In this document: piece by piece, positions 28,340 to 38,918 of the stretch
Position numbering within the stretch: position 1 is the stretch's first letter
How the letters are laid out: the number at the start of each line of letters is the position of its first letter
Source: a virus
Taxonomy: Duplodnaviria; Caudoviricetes
Length of the DNA stretch: 64,000 bases
IMG/VR virus record: IMGVR_UViG_3300028048_000138
Span: 4,739-68,738 of that record
Strand: one strand, 5' to 3'
Made by a program: the position numbers and the translations under genes
The notes under the pieces: generated by a model
What the model was told of the DNA's origin: nothing
Databases searched by the model: none
What the model saw: only the letters and a program-made list of their open reading frames with translations

Positions 28340-30322
28340 TTATAAATATTCTTTTTTAATCCTGATCCCCAGTTTTTTATGTAAATCTGTTAGTTTAAAC
28401 CAATTTTCTTGTAAATATTGTGGGATGTGTCTTTCCATAAGATGAATTAGATCTCTGCCCGATGCTGTTATGTCATTGGAAACCAATATATTATACCAGA
28501 ACATAGCTATGTGAGAGGAGCCCCCATAACAAGAGTTCATAAGTAGCTTACAACCTTGTTCATATGATATGTAATAAGTAATTTGTTCTTTAAGCTTTAT
28601 TTTAAACTCTTTGATTTCTTCAACTTGCATTTTTTTAATATCATCTGCACTTTTAATCTCATAACCCAACTCTTTAAGATCTTTCACAATATTTTCCGGG
28701 TATTGATTCTTTGAAATGTTTTTCCTCTCTAATATATGATCGATATCGGACATCACTGTTGCATCTAATTGTTTCGCTAAGTATTTGCTCACATTTCTAT
28801 CATTCGCAAGTTGTGTCCATATAGTTCTTAATGAATAATCTTGATCATTTTTATATACGCATCCATTAACAGATACAATATAATTTGGATCTTTTCTATA
28901 AGATGTTAATTTATCCTCATCCAAGAATTTCGCCACAAATTCACCCAATTCAGGTTTATCTACAGTCCCTTTATTTTTATAAACTTCTGGGCCAACTACG
29001 ATGTATTTCGAAATATCCGAACGATATTTATTCAATTCATCTTCCAACCAATAATTACCAATAAGATTTTCAAATCCAAAGTTAAGTCCGCGCCCACAAC
29101 TAGGATACAATCCTGAGAAATCGTTACAACACACGAATCTATGTTTACCCGGTATGGGTGCTTTAACGTATGCTCCAACTAATCTATCTCTAACCCTATC
29201 ATTTGTGTCCTCTGGAACCACTACGAGATTTTTCGATCTATAATAATCATACAAAAGTGCTTCTGTCAATGCGATTTTACTAAAACATTTACCGATCATC
29301 TCTTCACAATAAAGTGCCTGAGAATATATATTTTGCATCGTTTTAAATTTCTTATCGAGTAGCTGAACAAGGAGACTATCAATACCATTATAAAATACAT
29401 ATCGATCGTAATCGCTTCTATATAGATCATCAAGTGATCCATCATATTCTATTTTATGAGAATGAATCATTTCTCCCGCTACGAAATCAAGACTCATACT
29501 TTCCTTGATTGGCATGACGACATAGTCGAAGTTTTCTATAACATCCATAAGATCTAAAACAAGGGTATGGCAGGGCATAGATAACCCTACTTTCTCCTGT
29601 CTCTGATTAGTATAATTCTTCATCGTTAAGGAATGATTTGCCGAACAACAACCAAAATAGATATTAGGATAATAGAACTTACAACGATTCTGAATATACT
29701 GCCAGTCAAACATTATCGAATTCCACCCAGCAAGAACAGGAACCACAGCAACTATCTTTTCAAGGAAATACCTAAGCATAGCTTCTTCACTAGGGAACAC
29801 CACATACTTAATCTTTGGCATTGGAAGTCCTAGCTCATGAAAATATTCGAGTTTGTTTATATACTCCTCAAATCTACTCTGAAGAAGCTCGTCTCCATCG
29901 GGCCCGAGTGGTCTCGTCCCAAGAATCATCGCATTACACTCTGGGGAGACAATAGATATGGTTGTGATAGGAAACTTTGCTTCAGATGGCTCAGGGAACT
30001 GTTCAATCTCATCAGGAGAGTTCCTGGTGAGTGTCTCAATATCAAATGTATAAAGCTTTGGATTAGTTTTACCAGCAAGGAGTTTTTTGTATTGCTCAGG
30101 AAGCTCTTTAATGTAATTACGAATATCAAACCTATGTGGTCTCTCGGTCCATCGGATATCACACTTACTCCCATCCCAGTTCGTGTATTTACCTGTAGGT
30201 GTTTTATAATAAGATTTAAATCGTTCTACGTTGAAATTGAGAACGTTTTTTGCTCCGTTTTCCTTGATATAGGAAATAGAAAAATTCTTTTTGTTAGAAT
30301 TATAATTGTAGTCGAGTATCAT
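28340..30322 (-). CDS. DNA polymerase family B, N-terminal fragment (3'-5' exonuclease, motifs A and B)
   Basis: FDIET, GWNSIMFD, YNGID, NDFSGLYPS and KLLMNSCYG motifs. Confidence 0.9.
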   Translation of the reverse strand: MILDYNYNSNKKNFSISYIKENGAKNVLNFNVERFKSYYKTPTGKYTNWDGSKCDIRWTERPHRFDIRNYIKELPEQYKKLLAGKTNPKLYTFDIETLTRNSPDEIEQFPEPSEAKFPITTISIVSPECNAMILGTRPLGPDGDELLQSRFEEYINKLEYFHELGLPMPKIKYVVFPSEEAMLRYFLEKIVAVVPVLAGWNSIMFDWQYIQNRCKFYYPNIYFGCCSANHSLTMKNYTNQRQEKVGLSMPCHTLVLDLMDVIENFDYVVMPIKESMSLDFVAGEMIHSHKIEYDGSLDDLYRSDYDRYVFYNGIDSLLVQLLDKKFKTMQNIYSQALYCEEMIGKCFSKIALTEALLYDYYRSKNLVVVPEDTNDRVRDRLVGAYVKAPIPGKHRFVCCNDFSGLYPSCGRGLNFGFENLIGNYWLEDELNKYRSDISKYIVVGPEVYKNKGTVDKPELGEFVAKFLDEDKLTSYRKDPNYIVSVNGCVYKNDQDYSLRTIWTQLANDRNVSKYLAKQLDATVMSDIDHILERKNISKNQYPENIVKDLKELGYEIKSADDIKKMQVEEIKEFKIKLKEQITYYISYEQGCKLLMNSCYGGSSHIAMFWYNILVSNDITASGRDLIHLMERHIPQYLQENWFKLTDLHKKLGIRIKKEYL

Positions 30323-30387
30323 ATATTACCCAATTTTTACTTGTTAAAATCAAATAAATATATGTATTTTACTTTTATTATTTAAGC

Positions 30388-31932
30388 ATGAAGTTATTGA
30401 CGAACATAATACTCACATCACAAGATATAATCACAAAATCATATGTATTAGAATACAAACCCGCAGAAAACGATATTCATTCTGACACATATAGATACAA
30501 GGGTTCGTGTGATAATGAAAATATCGCAGGAAATATATCTGTGATTATGAATCAAGATGAGTCACATATAGTTAAGTCAGTGAATGAATGGTATTTCGAA
30601 GACACAACGGTCGGTGGGGAGACACAGACTATTCCAAACGCCCATCTTACTATATACTTTCCTCAATATGGGATTGAAGTCAATAATCCAAAAGCTCGTT
30701 ATATACTTACCGCGTCTACTTTTATTGGTGGACACCTTATTGAATTAGGATGTTTTACTTTTAAGAGGACAGATGCTCTTGCATGTACTCCCGTTAAGTT
30801 CGGTGGGATGAGTGAATATTATGAAAGTATCGATTTTGTATTGCCCGATTTATATACTATAATTTCTGAAAACTATTTCAATATAAATGGGGCGCGCATG
30901 GATTTCAATAACGATTTTAATAATGATTATACCATATATCAGGAAAATTTCGATACTAAGGAGATATCGTTAAATCTTTCGTTATATATTGTTGATTTTG
31001 TTGATGATAAATATATTAAATCGGATTCTTGTAATAGTGGGCAAAATAATATTATTATATACGATCCAAAAGATTTACAATTAAAGGCTGGTATTGAATT
31101 GAATGACCGTAATGATGATTATAATATTTGCCTTAATTTAGATTTTAATAAGAAGTCTTCTGATGATAATATAAATGATTATATTTTAAACAATTACGGA
31201 ATTATTAATCCTATAGGTTTATATAGAACTGTTATAATGGATGAAAATGATATATATAAAGCATTCGTAAAAATAGGATTAGAAGATGAATTAAAGATAC
31301 CAATGAATGAAGGACCATCGGTTCAATCATTGGGGTCTTTCTTTAACTGGGATAATTGGAAACCTGGGTTATACATACAATCGTCTATCTCGATTATAGA
31401 TGGTGATACGTGGACAGAGGAGGAAGTGGATGATGGAGAATATGAACCAGCGTTTGTATTATTTTCAAATAAGCTTATATTAACACAAGATTTATTTGCA
31501 AAGTTGATAACGCCGAGTGAGTTTGAAAGTAGAAAAGTAGAAATAAGTGCAATAGACATGAATAATATAAATGTAACGGCCATTAATAAGATAGAACAAA
31601 ATATTAAAACCGTAAATATAAACAACGCAGACACTAAGAGTCATCTTGTACAACCAGTATTCTATCAAACAAGAAATCTTAAGTCAGTCGCTATTCATCC
31701 TGCTGTGACAGAGAATATTTCTCTCCAGTTGGATCAATATAAGTCGAAAGTAAAATCCTTCGTTCTCCAGGTTGAAGGTATTAACTTTAAAGAAACCGCC
31801 AGAACAAGTGCTGGTGTGATATTTAAAGTGGTTGGTAAGTCTCTTCCAAAAACAGTAGACGAAGGAACATTATACATTCTTAATCAGGATTTAGAGTTGG
31901 TAACAACAGGTAAATATATATACATTTATTAA
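30388..31932 (+). CDS. Hypothetical structural protein
   Basis: Late-type motif; first gene of the baseplate operon. Confidence 0.5.
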   Translation: MKLLTNIILTSQDIITKSYVLEYKPAENDIHSDTYRYKGSCDNENIAGNISVIMNQDESHIVKSVNEWYFEDTTVGGETQTIPNAHLTIYFPQYGIEVNNPKARYILTASTFIGGHLIELGCFTFKRTDALACTPVKFGGMSEYYESIDFVLPDLYTIISENYFNINGARMDFNNDFNNDYTIYQENFDTKEISLNLSLYIVDFVDDKYIKSDSCNSGQNNIIIYDPKDLQLKAGIELNDRNDDYNICLNLDFNKKSSDDNINDYILNNYGIINPIGLYRTVIMDENDIYKAFVKIGLEDELKIPMNEGPSVQSLGSFFNWDNWKPGLYIQSSISIIDGDTWTEEEVDDGEYEPAFVLFSNKLILTQDLFAKLITPSEFESRKVEISAIDMNNINVTAINKIEQNIKTVNINNADTKSHLVQPVFYQTRNLKSVAIHPAVTENISLQLDQYKSKVKSFVLQVEGINFKETARTSAGVIFKVVGKSLPKTVDEGTLYILNQDLELVTTGKYIYIY

Positions 31933-31934
31933 TT

Positions 31935-32279
31935 ATGGTTGATTTTTGTTTAAGTACCAAAGGAGGTAAATCAAGTCTCAAGAGTGAGAGAGATCTTATT
32001 GTTCAGCAAGTGGATCTTCTCTTTGATACTACTCCAACGGAAGTACTTGGGTTTGATGGATTTGGTACTGAGTATGATAAACAATTATATAACACTCGTT
32101 TATCTGCAGGAAACTTAAAATCCATCATTGATTCCGATCTCGAAATGCTTAACTTATTTGGATGGAGTCATAACACAGATGTATACCTCATGAAGGGAAC
32201 TGAACGTGATATAGTAGTAATTGATATAAAATTTAGAAAAGGTGGTCAGACACTTCAAAAAACATATAATATTGTATAA
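31935..32279 (+). CDS. Baseplate wedge protein, gp25-like
   Basis: 114 aa; LLFDTTPTEVLG..GFG pattern; directly precedes gp6. Confidence 0.65.
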   Translation: MVDFCLSTKGGKSSLKSERDLIVQQVDLLFDTTPTEVLGFDGFGTEYDKQLYNTRLSAGNLKSIIDSDLEMLNLFGWSHNTDVYLMKGTERDIVVIDIKFRKGGQTLQKTYNIV

Positions 32280-32282
32280 GAC

Positions 32283-33977
32283 ATGAAACTTTTTTCATTA
32301 TTAGAGAACAAATTTAGTAATTTTTTAACCGCGGCTAGAAACTATCTTTCTCAGGCGTTATCAAACTATGGAGATAACTATGGCAACTCAACTATCTTTG
32401 GACAGTTGATTAATGTACTTGGTGGTGTAGTGCAGAATGTAATGCTTTATCTTGAAGACTCACTTACTGAACAAAATAAATGGACAGCACAAAGAAAGAA
32501 ATCTATTTATGGTCTCGCAGCTCAAAGCGGTTATCAACCCGATTTTGGATCAGCCACTGGTGTACAGTTGCTTCTTAGGTTTATTCCTAACAACCAACAA
32601 ACACTTAATGTTATTATCCATAACAGGGAACAACTCACGTGTACGCAGAATGGTCTTAAATACAATATTATACTTCCTCAGGAAGCACTTGTTCTCGATG
32701 TAACAAAAAATCCTACACCGAAATATCTCTATGCTGTTGAAGGTACGTTTGACTCGCAGACATTTGTATCCCGTGGTGGGCAGTATTATACACAAAATTT
32801 TCAATTTGATGGTAATGTTGATGTTAAGTATATGACAGTTACCATAAACGACGAAGAATGGGAATATGTACCATCTATATACGATATGGACCCCCAAGCT
32901 AAACAATATACATACACAGCCGGATTCTCTGGTGGTATTGATCTTATCTTTGGTAATGGTGAACACGGCATGCCGCTTGCGGATGGAGATGTTATTAAAG
33001 TCACTTACCTGATGCATGATGGTGAGATGGGTAATCTCAGCACGGATGTTAATACATATTTTTCATTTGATGGAAGTATTACTGATATATCTGGTGAAGT
33101 CGTGGATGGAAATAATATATTCGTTATTACACTTAGTACAGTTGATGGTGTGACCAGTGGGTCGGATACTGAGGATATAGACAGTGTGAGACAAAATATA
33201 GGATTTAATAGTAGATCCCTTGTACTCGCGTCTCCTGATAATTATAAACATTTCTTAAATAAATATTCGTTTGTGGGATATAACAGAACATGGTCAGAAA
33301 GAGGTTCACTTATTGTTAATACACTGGCTATGAAAAACTATAAATTGAATCTCGATCAAGACATAGATTATTTCAATCTCAGGGAAGAAGACTTCTTATT
33401 ATCTCACGAACAAAAGCAATCTATCATTAATGCAGTCACATCAAGCGGAAATCAGCTTGCGGGTATCACATACAACATTATTGATCCTGAGATATGTAAG
33501 TACTTTTTAACTGTTTATATAAAGATGAAAAGTGATAAGTATGATAGGTTGTATACAGAGAATGCCATTAAAAACTCAGTCGCTAAGTTCTTTGCAAATA
33601 TAGTATCCGATCAATTTATTCCCACATCCGATATTGAAAGAACACTTCTTGACGAAGTGGAAGGGATTGATGGTGTGAATTGTTACTTCTTATCTGAAAA
33701 GAACGAGACCGCATTACAAAATCAGGAATATACAATAAAAACATACGTTTGGAATAATTTAGAAGGTAAATATGACATTAAGGAAGAAACTGTACATTTA
33801 TTTCCTGGAGAGAATCCACATCTCGGACTTGACTCTCATGGAAACATATTACTTACTTCCGATCATGAGTTCCCAGTTCTCATGGGTGGATGGGATTATC
33901 TTACTGTAGATGAAGATGGTAATCCTACAACGGATGAAATATATGTCAACGAACCTTTAAATATAATTTTTGAATAA
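32283..33977 (+). CDS. Baseplate wedge protein, gp6/baseplate-J-like
   Basis: IFGNGEHGMP and SGSDTEDIDSVRQN...RSLV..DNY motifs. Confidence 0.8.
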   Translation: MKLFSLLENKFSNFLTAARNYLSQALSNYGDNYGNSTIFGQLINVLGGVVQNVMLYLEDSLTEQNKWTAQRKKSIYGLAAQSGYQPDFGSATGVQLLLRFIPNNQQTLNVIIHNREQLTCTQNGLKYNIILPQEALVLDVTKNPTPKYLYAVEGTFDSQTFVSRGGQYYTQNFQFDGNVDVKYMTVTINDEEWEYVPSIYDMDPQAKQYTYTAGFSGGIDLIFGNGEHGMPLADGDVIKVTYLMHDGEMGNLSTDVNTYFSFDGSITDISGEVVDGNNIFVITLSTVDGVTSGSDTEDIDSVRQNIGFNSRSLVLASPDNYKHFLNKYSFVGYNRTWSERGSLIVNTLAMKNYKLNLDQDIDYFNLREEDFLLSHEQKQSIINAVTSSGNQLAGITYNIIDPEICKYFLTVYIKMKSDKYDRLYTENAIKNSVAKFFANIVSDQFIPTSDIERTLLDEVEGIDGVNCYFLSEKNETALQNQEYTIKTYVWNNLEGKYDIKEETVHLFPGENPHLGLDSHGNILLTSDHEFPVLMGGWDYLTVDEDGNPTTDEIYVNEPLNIIFE

Positions 33978-36289
33978 TGATTCAGTTTTTTGATAAAGAA
34001 GGAAATTGTTACTCCGGCACTGCTCCATATATCCATTGGTTTGATGGGGGACAGTCAACAGATCTTCAATACGTAAAAAGTATCTTCTTACTATCTAATT
34101 ATAGTGAGTTGACATTTACTATCGAAGACCCTAATAGTAAGTTTAGAATTATTTCTTTCGATGATGTAAAAGAAGTAGAAGAATTTGAAGACGGAGTTAA
34201 TGTATTCCTTAGTAAAACTATAGAAGGAACCCAGTATGGGGATTATTTTGCTTATCAACTTCTCGTTAAAGCAAGTAGTGATGTCCCCGGACAATGTACT
34301 GAGGTTATAAATATTGAAGAACCCGGTGAACAAATGATTATTGGTGCAGACTTCTATGAGTTAGACGAAATAATCAAAATCAATCTTGGAAACAGGGGCA
34401 CAGAGATTCCTGAAACTATTCAAAAAGCTATATATGAAAACAATATAAGGGAAGCTAATATTGACGCTATATTAGTTAATAGAAAGTTTAAGGAATTGAT
34501 TACTAATTACTTAGACATAATGGATGGTAAAGGTTCTTATGATTCATTAGTAAAATCCTTAAAGTGGTTCGAATGGGGTAAGCATGCTCAATTGCTTGAG
34601 GTATGGAAGAATAACGAAGGATACTTTGAAAAAGAACTGGAGAATATACTTTCTGAAGAATATCAGGATTTAATATATACTCATCAAAAAACAAACTACC
34701 TTGCTATTCGTTCTGCTTTGTATGAGTTAACTGATGGTTTTGACGAAGAGAAAAATCCTGTTGTTGTCAGAGATCCTTCTCTTGTTTGGTCAAACGACGA
34801 AATGGGATTAAAGGTGAGTTTACTGGGGGCTTTCTTTGAAAGATATTTTATGCCGATCCACCTAACACTCAAACGAGCTTCTGTTGAAGATATAATATTC
34901 ACTCCAAGTATTAAAATTCTTACAGGAACTCTTCCTAGTAGGGCGAATTGGTTTCATGATGATGTAGTGGTGGATATTGATATGAATCACACGGTGGTGC
35001 TTGGAGAACATGAACCAATTGCTGTGAGTAAAGATACATTTTTTGCATCTACTGTTGGGGTGAGCGGTCAACAAATAAGTCCTACCGATGCTGGTGTGAA
35101 ACCTTTAAGCGAAATCGAATCAGAAACCGGAGAATATCCGGTGGGTTCCGACTCAGACGCTGATGAAGAACTTGGTATCATATGGTCGCATATTCGTGGA
35201 GGTGTGGGTGTAGTTGTCCCTATTACAGTAACGATTCCTATTCCTCGGGGAGATGGCATATCAGCAGAGACATTATATATAAAGAGAACAGGTAGTGATC
35301 CAGTGAGAAAATTTGAACAAAGATATATTCCTTCACGACAAATAACTGTTAAAAAATATGATCCTGAAACAAAAGATTGGGTAAACGCAACAATATATGC
35401 ATGTCAGTTTACATTTTATCTCTTCTCAGATAAGGAGGAAACTGTTGAGTTCTCATTGCAGTTACACTCTCTATCAGGGCACACTTACACTGCATGTTCC
35501 GGATATGATGCTATAGATACTCGTGGTAGTTATATAGATATATTAAAAGTAGGCAATAAAGTATTCGATGGTATATTTGAAGGAGATGATCCCTGGGCTA
35601 CTTGGAATCCTTGGGAAGGGATGATTGATAACGGTAGTGATATAGACCCCAATGATATTAATTATTCCGGTATAACACAATATATAACAAAAGGACCTAA
35701 AAACAAATACTTAAATGAGTTTATTGCTTTATGGGGGGATGAAAATGGTATTAGTGGTCTGTTAAGCAATCCTTATGTGGAAAATAATTATTACGTATTG
35801 AAAACAGATACAGAAGTCGAAGGAGAAGCTATATTTAGACTTATAGGAAAACAAGCGGGTATATTAAATATTAATTTTGAAATATTTTGTAATAGATGTG
35901 GTGTGGATTATGAACAGTATAACCAATATTTAAAGAAATTTAATCATATATTTGTACCTCAACTACATACCTATAATGATATCACGGGAACTGATTTAAA
36001 TGATTATACGATTGATCCCCTTAAGGAACTGATTTGTTTGCGTCCACAATTTAAATGTTCTAAACCAGTTAGTAATTGGTATTGGAAACTTATTAACAAA
36101 TCAAAGATTTCCGATAATGAGATTATCATTAATCAAGCATCTTCCAATATTTATCTTGCCGATGTTGAAAAAACCTTATTAGATAATGGTTATTGGACTG
36201 TGGAATTACATTATAGATTTTCCGACGATGAAAGCAAAGAACATATAATCAAACGAGATTCTGCAATACTTATTAAAAACTCGATTTAA
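33977..36289 (+). CDS. Baseplate wedge protein (gp7/tail-I-like)
   Basis: KGSYDSL..SLKWF motif; follows gp6. Confidence 0.5.
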   Translation: MIQFFDKEGNCYSGTAPYIHWFDGGQSTDLQYVKSIFLLSNYSELTFTIEDPNSKFRIISFDDVKEVEEFEDGVNVFLSKTIEGTQYGDYFAYQLLVKASSDVPGQCTEVINIEEPGEQMIIGADFYELDEIIKINLGNRGTEIPETIQKAIYENNIREANIDAILVNRKFKELITNYLDIMDGKGSYDSLVKSLKWFEWGKHAQLLEVWKNNEGYFEKELENILSEEYQDLIYTHQKTNYLAIRSALYELTDGFDEEKNPVVVRDPSLVWSNDEMGLKVSLLGAFFERYFMPIHLTLKRASVEDIIFTPSIKILTGTLPSRANWFHDDVVVDIDMNHTVVLGEHEPIAVSKDTFFASTVGVSGQQISPTDAGVKPLSEIESETGEYPVGSDSDADEELGIIWSHIRGGVGVVVPITVTIPIPRGDGISAETLYIKRTGSDPVRKFEQRYIPSRQITVKKYDPETKDWVNATIYACQFTFYLFSDKEETVEFSLQLHSLSGHTYTACSGYDAIDTRGSYIDILKVGNKVFDGIFEGDDPWATWNPWEGMIDNGSDIDPNDINYSGITQYITKGPKNKYLNEFIALWGDENGISGLLSNPYVENNYYVLKTDTEVEGEAIFRLIGKQAGILNINFEIFCNRCGVDYEQYNQYLKKFNHIFVPQLHTYNDITGTDLNDYTIDPLKELICLRPQFKCSKPVSNWYWKLINKSKISDNEIIINQASSNIYLADVEKTLLDNGYWTVELHYRFSDDESKEHIIKRDSAILIKNSI

Positions 36290-36300
36290 TAGAGACAAAC

Positions 36301-36334
36301 AAAAAAGATGACCTTTTGGTCATCTTTTCTTTTT
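36301..36334. terminator. Bidirectional intrinsic terminator
   Basis: AAAAGATGACC-tttt-GGTCATCTTTT between convergent operons. Confidence 0.85.
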
Positions 36335-36353
36335 ATATATAAATATAATCATT

Positions 36354-36710
36354 TTATACCCCAAAAATCTTGTTTAAGATGTAATTAAATTCTTCTTCAT
36401 CCTCCCATTCAAAACAAAATGTAGGACCGATTTCTTTTACAACCTCATTCTCTTCTGCACCAAAGTTTACCTCAACAAAAGGAATTTCACTATTATCATC
36501 TCTCACACAACCATCACCAAACATTTCTACATATAGTTTAATATGTCTGGATTCCGCCGGTTGTTCAACTCGTCTACCGTTAACGATAACTACCTGGGGA
36601 TGGTCCTGGATATCTTGTTCGATTATCCATCTCTCACCTTCTCCTGTAAAACCAATTCCTGTTAATTTATCATTAATAAATGATACAAATTCCTCTCGTC
36701 CTTTTCCCAT
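36354..36710 (-). CDS. Hypothetical protein
   Basis: 118-aa ORF in a tightly packed leftward operon. Confidence 0.55.
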   Translation of the reverse strand: MGKGREEFVSFINDKLTGIGFTGEGERWIIEQDIQDHPQVVIVNGRRVEQPAESRHIKLYVEMFGDGCVRDDNSEIPFVEVNFGAEENEVVKEIGPTFCFEWEDEEEFNYILNKIFGV

Positions 36711-36712
36711 AA

Positions 36713-36901
36713 TTATTTTTTGATGTTGTTTGATATATTACGACCGGAAAACTCCTTCCCGATACATAGCGGGAATAAAGCCCAACTCCCCATCACTGCC
36801 AGGAACTCTTCAAACCATGAAAGATTCTTTTTACTTTCGACTAATTCATTCAGTATCCAACCGATACAAAACAACCAATAAATTAAAAACAACATCGTCA
36901 T
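36713..36901 (-). CDS. Small membrane protein
   Basis: Two hydrophobic segments. Confidence 0.5.
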   Translation of the reverse strand: MTMLFLIYWLFCIGWILNELVESKKNLSWFEEFLAVMGSWALFPLCIGKEFSGRNISNNIKK

Positions 36902-36902
36902 A

Positions 36903-37208
36903 TTATTCTACACTTTTATATTCTTTTAATATTATATTTAATTTCTCAAGAATCTTTTCTGAAAAATCCTCCCGCCAATCGTCATCACCTTTCTTTCCGA
37001 AATATCTTTGGCAATCATCAATATATCTTTCCACCGCCTTCCAATAATCTGAATCGAAAAATGACTCCCATGCTTCTTCGTCAGAATCCCAGTTATAAAC
37101 CCCACCATTACTGACATAGAGTTTATCATCAATAAACATTCTCCAAACACTATCACTCCACTCAGTGGTTGTGTTTTTGGTTCGTGGTGTTTTAAAATTA
37201 AACAACAT
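36903..37208 (-). CDS. Hypothetical protein
   Basis: 101-aa Trp/Asp-rich ORF. Confidence 0.5.
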   Translation of the reverse strand: MLFNFKTPRTKNTTTEWSDSVWRMFIDDKLYVSNGGVYNWDSDEEAWESFFDSDYWKAVERYIDDCQRYFGKKGDDDWREDFSEKILEKLNIILKEYKSVE

Positions 37209-37210
37209 AA

Positions 37211-38032
37211 TTATTTAGTTATTGTTCCATTATACTCTTTTTCTGCTATCTTCTTCTCAAGAAGTGCTTTCCGAGCTTCAGCACTCTCAAGTGCACGGAA
37301 GTCGCATGTCTTGATCTTCGTCATGATCCTTCCACCATTTCTTTTGAGAAGTCCGAGTGGCATCTTGAGAACAAGACCTTCGGCGTCATAGTCTTTGTTC
37401 TCGGCGATAGTACTCTTAAATCCTTTCTTGACATACTCAATGGCTTCGTCAATGGTCATATATCCGATTATAGGAACGATGTCCATAGAGAGCTTAGAAG
37501 CGATATCCTCAAGCGATTCTCTCTCAAGCCAGAACTTACCGATCTGTATATCGAAGAGTCTGAAGTCAACATCGTTCTTGATATAATTACCACCTTTCTG
37601 AATACCCACACCATATCCTTCTCCGTAGAGGATGATGGTGTCTGTTGGTTTCTGACCGTTGTGAGTAAATACCTCGATTAGTTTCTCGAGAGGCCACTTG
37701 CGATAGATGTTCTCAAGAAGTTTCCCATTGAGTTGAGCCTTCTCAGTCTTACCGTGTACCTCCATTTTATATTCATACTCCGGAGAACCACCATTCGGAT
37801 CAATCGAACCTATCTCAGGGATGATATAGATACTCATATTGGTTCCGTCGACCTTCTCAGTACACTCAAACTTAATCCCAGCCTTCCTAGCCCAATCAAA
37901 CACAGGATCAACGAGAGGTTCATCAGGTCGGATACAGTTATAGTAAGGAGAGGTTTTATCCAACTCACGCTTGAAGCAAGTGTCGATATGAGGATAAGTT
38001 CTGTGAATGCTTGGTGTTACTGTGTTATTCAT
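37211..38032 (-). CDS. RNA ligase (Rnl2-like nucleotidyltransferase)
   Basis: Motif I EKVDGTN; LYGEGYG, LFDI, EGLVLK and KIK motifs; likely ATG 38032. Confidence 0.85.
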   Translation of the reverse strand: MNNTVTPSIHRTYPHIDTCFKRELDKTSPYYNCIRPDEPLVDPVFDWARKAGIKFECTEKVDGTNMSIYIIPEIGSIDPNGGSPEYEYKMEVHGKTEKAQLNGKLLENIYRKWPLEKLIEVFTHNGQKPTDTIILYGEGYGVGIQKGGNYIKNDVDFRLFDIQIGKFWLERESLEDIASKLSMDIVPIIGYMTIDEAIEYVKKGFKSTIAENKDYDAEGLVLKMPLGLLKRNGGRIMTKIKTCDFRALESAEARKALLEKKIAEKEYNGTITK

Positions 38033-38159
38033 CTTCTTTAAAAATTTTATCGTAAATATGTTTTGCTGTTGTAATACATTCATCTATTGTTCCGTGGATG
38101 CACTCGCTTTGAACAAGCAAAATGGTTCCAAAATAAATAAGATCTTCTTTACTTAACAT
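38025..38159 (-). CDS. 44-aa mini-protein (not in ORF track)
   Basis: MLSKEDLIYFGTILLVQSECIHGTIDECITTAKHIYDKIFKEDE. Confidence 0.55.
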   Translation of the reverse strand: MLSKEDLIYFGTILLVQSECIHGTIDECITTAKHIYDKIFKEDE

Positions 38160-38178
38160 ATTGATTATCAATTAAATA

Positions 38179-38304
38179 TTATTCTGCGCTCGCACATCCC
38201 TCATATAAACGCTTCGCTAGTACAATAGCCTGATCCATATTCGCAACATATCCACTAGTTAACATAATTGTTGCGCAAATAGAAACAATATCTTGTTCAT
38301 TCAT
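38179..38304 (-). CDS. 41-aa mini-protein (not in ORF track)
   Basis: MNEQDIVSICATIMLTSGYVANMDQAIVLAKRLYEGCASAE; ATG 5 nt after the bipartite promoter motif. Confidence 0.6.
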   Translation of the reverse strand: MNEQDIVSICATIMLTSGYVANMDQAIVLAKRLYEGCASAE

Positions 38305-38330
38305 GATTTTATATACCAAATTTATTTTGA

Positions 38331-38918
38331 TTATTTACTATCAATTACATAAATTTTATTTAGGTTCCTCCCCAATCCGTCATAATCAAGTCCATATCCA
38401 ACTACAAAATCATTACTGATGGTGATTCCCATTATCATCTCGTTATCATAAGTCCCTTTTAAAAATTCCCAATGACTGAATCCAGGGTGTTTTTCTTTAT
38501 ATACTTCTAACTTAAAGAGAAGGGATACTATTGTAACGTCTACAGCACCATCCCATTCTAATTTTTCTTTTAAGTAATCAATAGTAAGTCCCGTGTCAAC
38601 TATATCTTCTACAATAATGACTTTCTTACCCCTGACATCATTATCGAGAGATTTTGTGCACTTTATCTTACCCATACTTTTTGTCCCTTGATAAGATGAT
38701 AACTTCACAGTATCAAAGAGCACTGGAAACTTTAGTTTAGTGAATAGTGATGCCGCAAAAGGAATCGCCCCATTAAGAACTGTAACAAAAATTACTGGTT
38801 CTGCTTCGTGTTTAAACTTCTCATTCAATCTAGCAGCAATCCTTCGTGTTGTCTCCTCAATTGTTGGAGTCGATATAAAAGGTTTAAATGTTTTATCTTT
38901 TAATATAATCTTTTTCAT
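38331..38918 (-). CDS. hpt: Hypoxanthine phosphoribosyltransferase
   Basis: VLNGA, SSYQG, VIIVEDIVDTGLT PRPP loop and FVVGYGLDY motifs. Confidence 0.9.
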   Translation of the reverse strand: MKKIILKDKTFKPFISTPTIEETTRRIAARLNEKFKHEAEPVIFVTVLNGAIPFAASLFTKLKFPVLFDTVKLSSYQGTKSMGKIKCTKSLDNDVRGKKVIIVEDIVDTGLTIDYLKEKLEWDGAVDVTIVSLLFKLEVYKEKHPGFSHWEFLKGTYDNEMIMGITISNDFVVGYGLDYDGLGRNLNKIYVIDSK

